This document shows, piece after piece, positions 33,965 to 37,595 of a stretch of DNA of 37,595 nucleotides. This DNA comes from a virus (Duplodnaviria > Caudoviricetes). The DNA lies in IMG/VR virus record IMGVR_UViG_3300010218_000100, positions 1 to 37,595 of that record. One strand, given 5' to 3'. Both the position numbers and the translations under genes were made by a program. The notes under the pieces were generated by a model. The model saw nothing but the letters and a program-made list of their open reading frames with translations. It was not told where the DNA came from and ran no database searches. Position 1 is the stretch's first letter. Each line of letters begins with the position of its first letter.

Positions 33965-35926
33965 TCAAAGCTGTTCTTGTTTCATCCGCCGGGCGCGCTC
34001 GAACATCTGCAGATCAAGCGAGCTGGGGCCATCGGTGCCGGTGGCGGCGAGGCGCTCCGGCTGCGGTTCGGGCTTCTTGCCGTGCAGGCCGAACACCGGC
34101 GCGACGATGGCGGCGGACGGCATCGATGGCGGCGTTACGCCCGGCAGCTGCGCGGCCACCTGGGCCGCGTCCATGAGCCGCTCGGCGGCCAGCATGTCCC
34201 TGGCGGCGCGCTTGTACTGCTTGCGACCGCGCGCATGCTCCCGCGCCGCATTGACGTCCGCGAAGCCGACCGGCGCGTTGCAGTCCGCCGCGCAGATGTA
34301 GGTGCCGTCCAGGGCGTATACGTGCGCCACGCCCTGTAGGTGCCAAGGGTCCACGCGCAGCACCACCTTGCGGCCGGCGTGCTCGGACAGCGCCTCATGC
34401 CAGTAGCGGTTGCCGGCTAGCTTCACGCTGCCATCGACGGCGCTCGCGGTGACCGCCTCAGCGGCCAGCAGCAGCATGCGCAGCTGCTCGTCGCTGACCT
34501 TGCGCACCGTCGCCCGGGCGTAGCCCTCGGCGAACACCTGGTCGAAGCTGCGCCCGGCGCACACGCGGGTGCGCCGGCCCATTCGCGCGTTGTGGGCGTG
34601 GATCTCCTCATTGACCACGCGCTCGAACGTCTCCCACTCGACCACGCGGCTGCCGTAGTTTTCCGGCTTGGCGACCGGGCTGTTGCCCACGTAGGCGCCT
34701 TCAAAGGCCGGGTGCTTGGCGATGCGGTCGCAGAAGTCGCGCCAGGCGCGCTCGATGGGCTTGGCTTGGCCGTGGTACGGCGTGACCCAATGCACGTTGT
34801 CGGCGCCCACCAGCGTGGTGATCACGCCAGTGGGGTCTTCCTCGCGGATCTTGAAGCGGTAGCGGTTGGGCGTGCCGCCGGTCATCCACTTGCTGGCGAA
34901 GGCGCGGCCGTTGTCCAGGTACACGCTGCCCGGCACGCCATAGGCGCGCACCATGTCGCCGAAGCTCAGCCGCACCACGTCGCTCGATTCGTGGTCGCAG
35001 AGGCGCCACGCCAGCATCTTGCCGCTGTAGAGGTCCTGCCAGCCGAGAATCGCGGGCCGGCCTTCGCTGCCGTCCGGGAAGCGCACGCGCAGATCCCAGC
35101 GGTGGCCGTCCGCGTTCACGCCTTCCAGGGCGGCGAGCATGCTGCGATCGCGTTCCTGTGCCGGGTAGGTCTTGAGCAGCGCGTCCTCGCCCTGGCGGGC
35201 CAGCACACGCACCGCGCGCGGCAGCTCGCGCTCCACGCGGCGGGTGAAGGTCTTGAGGCTGGGAAGCGTCCAGCCGCGGGTTGCGGCGATGCGCTGCAGG
35301 CGGTCGTAGCAGCTGCTCGCGGTGGGCTGTTCCAAGCGCAGAAAGTCGGCCTTGAACAGCTCCCACGCTTCCGGCTCGATGTCGGCGGTGGCGGTGCGGC
35401 CGGTGTAGTGCGGCAGCAGCAGCGCCAGCCAGTCCTGCTGGCCCGCGTTGGCCACGTCCTGCTGCCAGCGGGCAATGCTGGCCGCGCTGCCACCGCGCAC
35501 GCCATCGCGCTGCAGCTGCGCCGCGACGGTATCGCGCGCCTGCATCAGCGACATGCCACCGCGTTGCAGGGCCCTGACCGCGTGCAGCGCCTTCAGGCGC
35601 ATGGCGGCCACGTCTTTCATGGGCTGCTTGGCTTTTTCGTAGCGCTGCCAGGCTGAGCGCAGCTGGTCGCCGCTCGGGGTCAGGGCATTGCGCGGCGCGG
35701 CCGGCTGGAGCGGGCGCTCGCGCAGCAGCAGTGCGGCCTGGGTGGCGGGCGGCAGCGCGCTGAACGCGTACTCGCGACCACCGCCGCGGCCAGCGCGGGG
35801 CCGCGCCGTCCAGCCGTCGCGTTCCGCCTTGGCGCGGATGTTGCGGTCGGTGCCCGGGAGGCCGGGAAGACCGACCAGCTCGGCGCCCGTGTACCAGCGT
35901 TCCTGCATGCGCGCGCCATCGGCCAT
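33965..35926 (-). CDS. A: MuA-like DDE transposase
   Basis: Mu-type HTH (WYT..EL.GLPGLP...GGG.EY), NADGH, LDNGRAF, GQAKPIER.W, C-terminal Mu-transposase domain; start at TAATG overlap 35926. Confidence 0.96.
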   Translation of the reverse strand: MADGARMQERWYTGAELVGLPGLPGTDRNIRAKAERDGWTARPRAGRGGGREYAFSALPPATQAALLLRERPLQPAAPRNALTPSGDQLRSAWQRYEKAKQPMKDVAAMRLKALHAVRALQRGGMSLMQARDTVAAQLQRDGVRGGSAASIARWQQDVANAGQQDWLALLLPHYTGRTATADIEPEAWELFKADFLRLEQPTASSCYDRLQRIAATRGWTLPSLKTFTRRVERELPRAVRVLARQGEDALLKTYPAQERDRSMLAALEGVNADGHRWDLRVRFPDGSEGRPAILGWQDLYSGKMLAWRLCDHESSDVVRLSFGDMVRAYGVPGSVYLDNGRAFASKWMTGGTPNRYRFKIREEDPTGVITTLVGADNVHWVTPYHGQAKPIERAWRDFCDRIAKHPAFEGAYVGNSPVAKPENYGSRVVEWETFERVVNEEIHAHNARMGRRTRVCAGRSFDQVFAEGYARATVRKVSDEQLRMLLLAAEAVTASAVDGSVKLAGNRYWHEALSEHAGRKVVLRVDPWHLQGVAHVYALDGTYICAADCNAPVGFADVNAAREHARGRKQYKRAARDMLAAERLMDAAQVAAQLPGVTPPSMPSAAIVAPVFGLHGKKPEPQPERLAATGTDGPSSLDLQMFERARRMKQEQL

Positions 35927-36381
35927 TACTTGACCCTCCGGCGCATTTCCTTCAGGTCCCGCAACATGGCGGCGTTCTGCTCTTGCTCGCGCATGATTCG
36001 CCCGATCTCGGCGTCGAGCGTCTCGGCGCCCAGCAGCAGACGCCCGCCGTGCACGCTGGCCAGCCAAGCGCTGAGGATCGTGCTGGTGCAGACGGTTTCC
36101 AGCACCGGCGAGAGCCAGAGCGGGACGTTGAACTCCTCGCGGCCCGGGGCTGTGTAGCCGTCGAGCATGTTCTTGGTCACGTCCTTGCCGGTCAGGCGGG
36201 AGGCGCGAGCGGCCACCTCGTGGCGGTCGATGCCCGCGCGGCTGGCCTCGGCCAGCATGTTGGAGACCAGCTCACTGACCACCGGGCGGTAGTCCATCGT
36301 GCCGGGCAGCGGCGCCGGCCGCTGCGGGATCTCGAAGAGGTCGCCCGAATAGAGACCCCCACGGCGTCGGGTACCGGCCAT
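35926..36381 (-). CDS. Conserved early protein between ner and A (probably DNA-binding)
   Basis: R.EVAA..S.L.G..V.K.MLD.YT...RE..N.P motif; coupled to A. Confidence 0.75.
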   Translation of the reverse strand: MAGTRRRGGLYSGDLFEIPQRPAPLPGTMDYRPVVSELVSNMLAEASRAGIDRHEVAARASRLTGKDVTKNMLDGYTAPGREEFNVPLWLSPVLETVCTSTILSAWLASVHGGRLLLGAETLDAEIGRIMREQEQNAAMLRDLKEMRRRVK

Positions 36382-36383
36382 AT

Positions 36384-36635
36384 CTAGCCGACCGCCCGGC
36401 GCCGCATATTGCGGTCATTGGCCGCGGTGCTAGGCTCCTCGTCGACCAGTTTCATACCGAGCGCGACGGCGATGTTATGCGCTCGGCCGTAGTGAGCTTT
36501 GTCGCTGCCAGACAGCACGCGGTAGACCGCCCGGATGTCGAAGCCGTTTTCTTCGGCCCATCGGGTGATCGTCGTGCCGCGCTGGCGGAGGCGCTGGCGG
36601 ACCTGGTCGGCGGTGAGGGCTGTTTTGCGCGTCAT
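36384..36635 (-). CDS. Ner-like (BcepMu gp16-type) DNA-binding protein
   Basis: T..QV...L...G.TI..WA.ENGF....VY.VL.G......G.AH.IAV.LG.K motif; first early gene; AAGGGG/GGAG upstream. Confidence 0.88.
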   Translation of the reverse strand: MTRKTALTADQVRQRLRQRGTTITRWAEENGFDIRAVYRVLSGSDKAHYGRAHNIAVALGMKLVDEEPSTAANDRNMRRRAVG

Positions 36636-36682
36636 GGCTCCGTGAAATCCCCTTGTGATTTCTAGGTGATGTCTAGGGGCCA

Positions 36683-36756
36683 AATATACGCCTATAAGCG
36701 GCCTCGTCAAGCAGATAAGCGGCATCCGGGTTCGTGCTGTAACGCTCTTAAGCGGC
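36683..36756. promoter_or_regulatory. Early promoter and operator repeats of the lysis-lysogeny switch
   Basis: - strand TTGACG (36710-36705), 16 nt, TATATT (36688-36683); three TAAGCGGC direct repeats at 36695, 36716 and 36749. Confidence 0.65.
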
Positions 36757-36795
36757 GCGCACTCATTTATCAACTCGTTTCAAAGGCTTGCGCGC

Positions 36796-37260
36796 ATGTC
36801 GGATGACCAAAACCCAACGCGGATGGACCGTCCGAGTTACCTTCCGGAACTCGGACGCCGCCTATCGGCGGTGCTCGATGCAGTCGGAGCGCGCTCAAAG
36901 GCGGCAGAGATCGCCGGCCGGTCCACCGACATGCTCAACAAGTACGAGCGCGCGGCGGCGGAGCCGCCGTTTATGGCGCTGGCAAACCTTTGCTTGGCCG
37001 CGGGCGCCAGCATGGAGTGGCTTGCGACGGGCGAGGGCGAGATGCGCAAGGGCACTGAGACCGCGCCAGATCAGGCTTCGCAGCCCCTGAGACGTGAAGA
37101 TTTGATGATGGCGGTGCAGCTTGCCAGCGAGGCGTTGGGCAACAAGGTGCTGCCGCCTGGCGACCATGCCGAGCTGGTCACACTGCTCTACGAACTCCTG
37201 ATCGAGGGGCTGCCTGAGGCCACGGTGCTGCGCTTTGCGCGCCGCGCCGCCAAGGCCTGA
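36796..37260 (+). CDS. Prophage repressor (XRE-like HTH), no S24 peptidase domain
   Basis: Divergent from ner; AA.IAG.S..ML.KYE....EP....L..L....G.S.EWL.TG.G motif. Confidence 0.85.
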   Translation: MSDDQNPTRMDRPSYLPELGRRLSAVLDAVGARSKAAEIAGRSTDMLNKYERAAAEPPFMALANLCLAAGASMEWLATGEGEMRKGTETAPDQASQPLRREDLMMAVQLASEALGNKVLPPGDHAELVTLLYELLIEGLPEATVLRFARRAAKA

Positions 37261-37283
37261 GCCACACAAAACAGGGGTCACCC

Positions 37284-37595
37284 ATGAATGAAGCACGCGT
37301 CACACGCGTGAGGCGCCTACTGGAGGGCGCCTCCGTGCCCGATATCGCTGACGTCCGCCGGAAACGAGGCCCGCTGGGCCTCACGCGCCGCCGGTTCCTT
37401 ATCCAGGACGCCCGGCTGCTCGCCGCTCGCTACGCGCTCCACGAACACCTCCACGCCTTTGTGTACGCCACCGACCACGTCGACATCACCGGCCTGGACG
37501 TTGACCAGCTCGAACGCCTGGTCGCCCACTTGGAGCAGCTCGGGGCCAGCCTCGACACCGCCTGCGACGCCAAGGGCGCGCCGCCGGCGCGCTGA
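37284..37595 (+). CDS. Hypothetical protein downstream of the repressor
   Basis: AGGGG RBS; 23 nt after the repressor stop; ORF complete at the window edge. Confidence 0.65.
   Translation: MNEARVTRVRRLLEGASVPDIADVRRKRGPLGLTRRRFLIQDARLLAARYALHEHLHAFVYATDHVDITGLDVDQLERLVAHLEQLGASLDTACDAKGAPPAR

Larger units (their letters stand above)
1..37595 (-). mobile_element. Mu-like transposable prophage (contractile tail), near-complete; ends not visible
   Basis: MuA and MuB, Ner/repressor switch, Mor/C activator, and lysis, head and tail genes in Mu order; size close to Mu (~37 kb). Confidence 0.96.

Noticed and set aside
1-37595. Mu att ends (TG...CA with MuA binding sites) and 5-bp target duplication
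   Set aside because: The window starts and ends exactly at stop codons, so the ends probably lie just outside and cannot be called.

Overview
The window is an essentially complete Mu-like (transposable) prophage with a contractile tail, about 37.6 kb and very GC-rich, written in reverse so that almost all genes are on the - strand. Read from right to left: a divergent repressor and Ner-like switch (36.4-37.6 kb), transposase A and ATPase B, a semi-essential region of small ORFs including GemA/gp16, a Mor/C-family late activator, a lysis cassette (holin, membrane-anchored SLT endolysin, overlapping spanins), terminase, portal, MuF, protease/scaffold, major capsid T, neck, sheath, tube, a frameshifted tail chaperone, tape measure, baseplate and a single non-invertible tail fibre. 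The att ends are not visible. Two loci stand out. (1) The com-mom slot holds a translationally coupled three-gene cassette: a small protein, an ABC-ATPase fused to a Mom-like GNAT, and a formyltransferase resembling the 10-formyl-THF dehydrogenase hydrolase domain. This is a candidate new DNA base-acylation (possibly formylation) system. (2) MuF carries a C-terminal nuclease-like extension with no immunity ORF behind it. Instead a ~105-nt cloverleaf-like element with its own convergent -10 overlaps the stop codon, a candidate RNA antitoxin. Also seen: two matched activator-dependent late promoters, a terminator inside the lysis leader, a candidate strong gyrase site, an antisense moron in the tail operon, and a hairpin motif that occurs twice. 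All protein calls come from motif recognition and Mu synteny, not from database searches. Starts were re-picked from the ORF track using RBS and stop/start overlaps.
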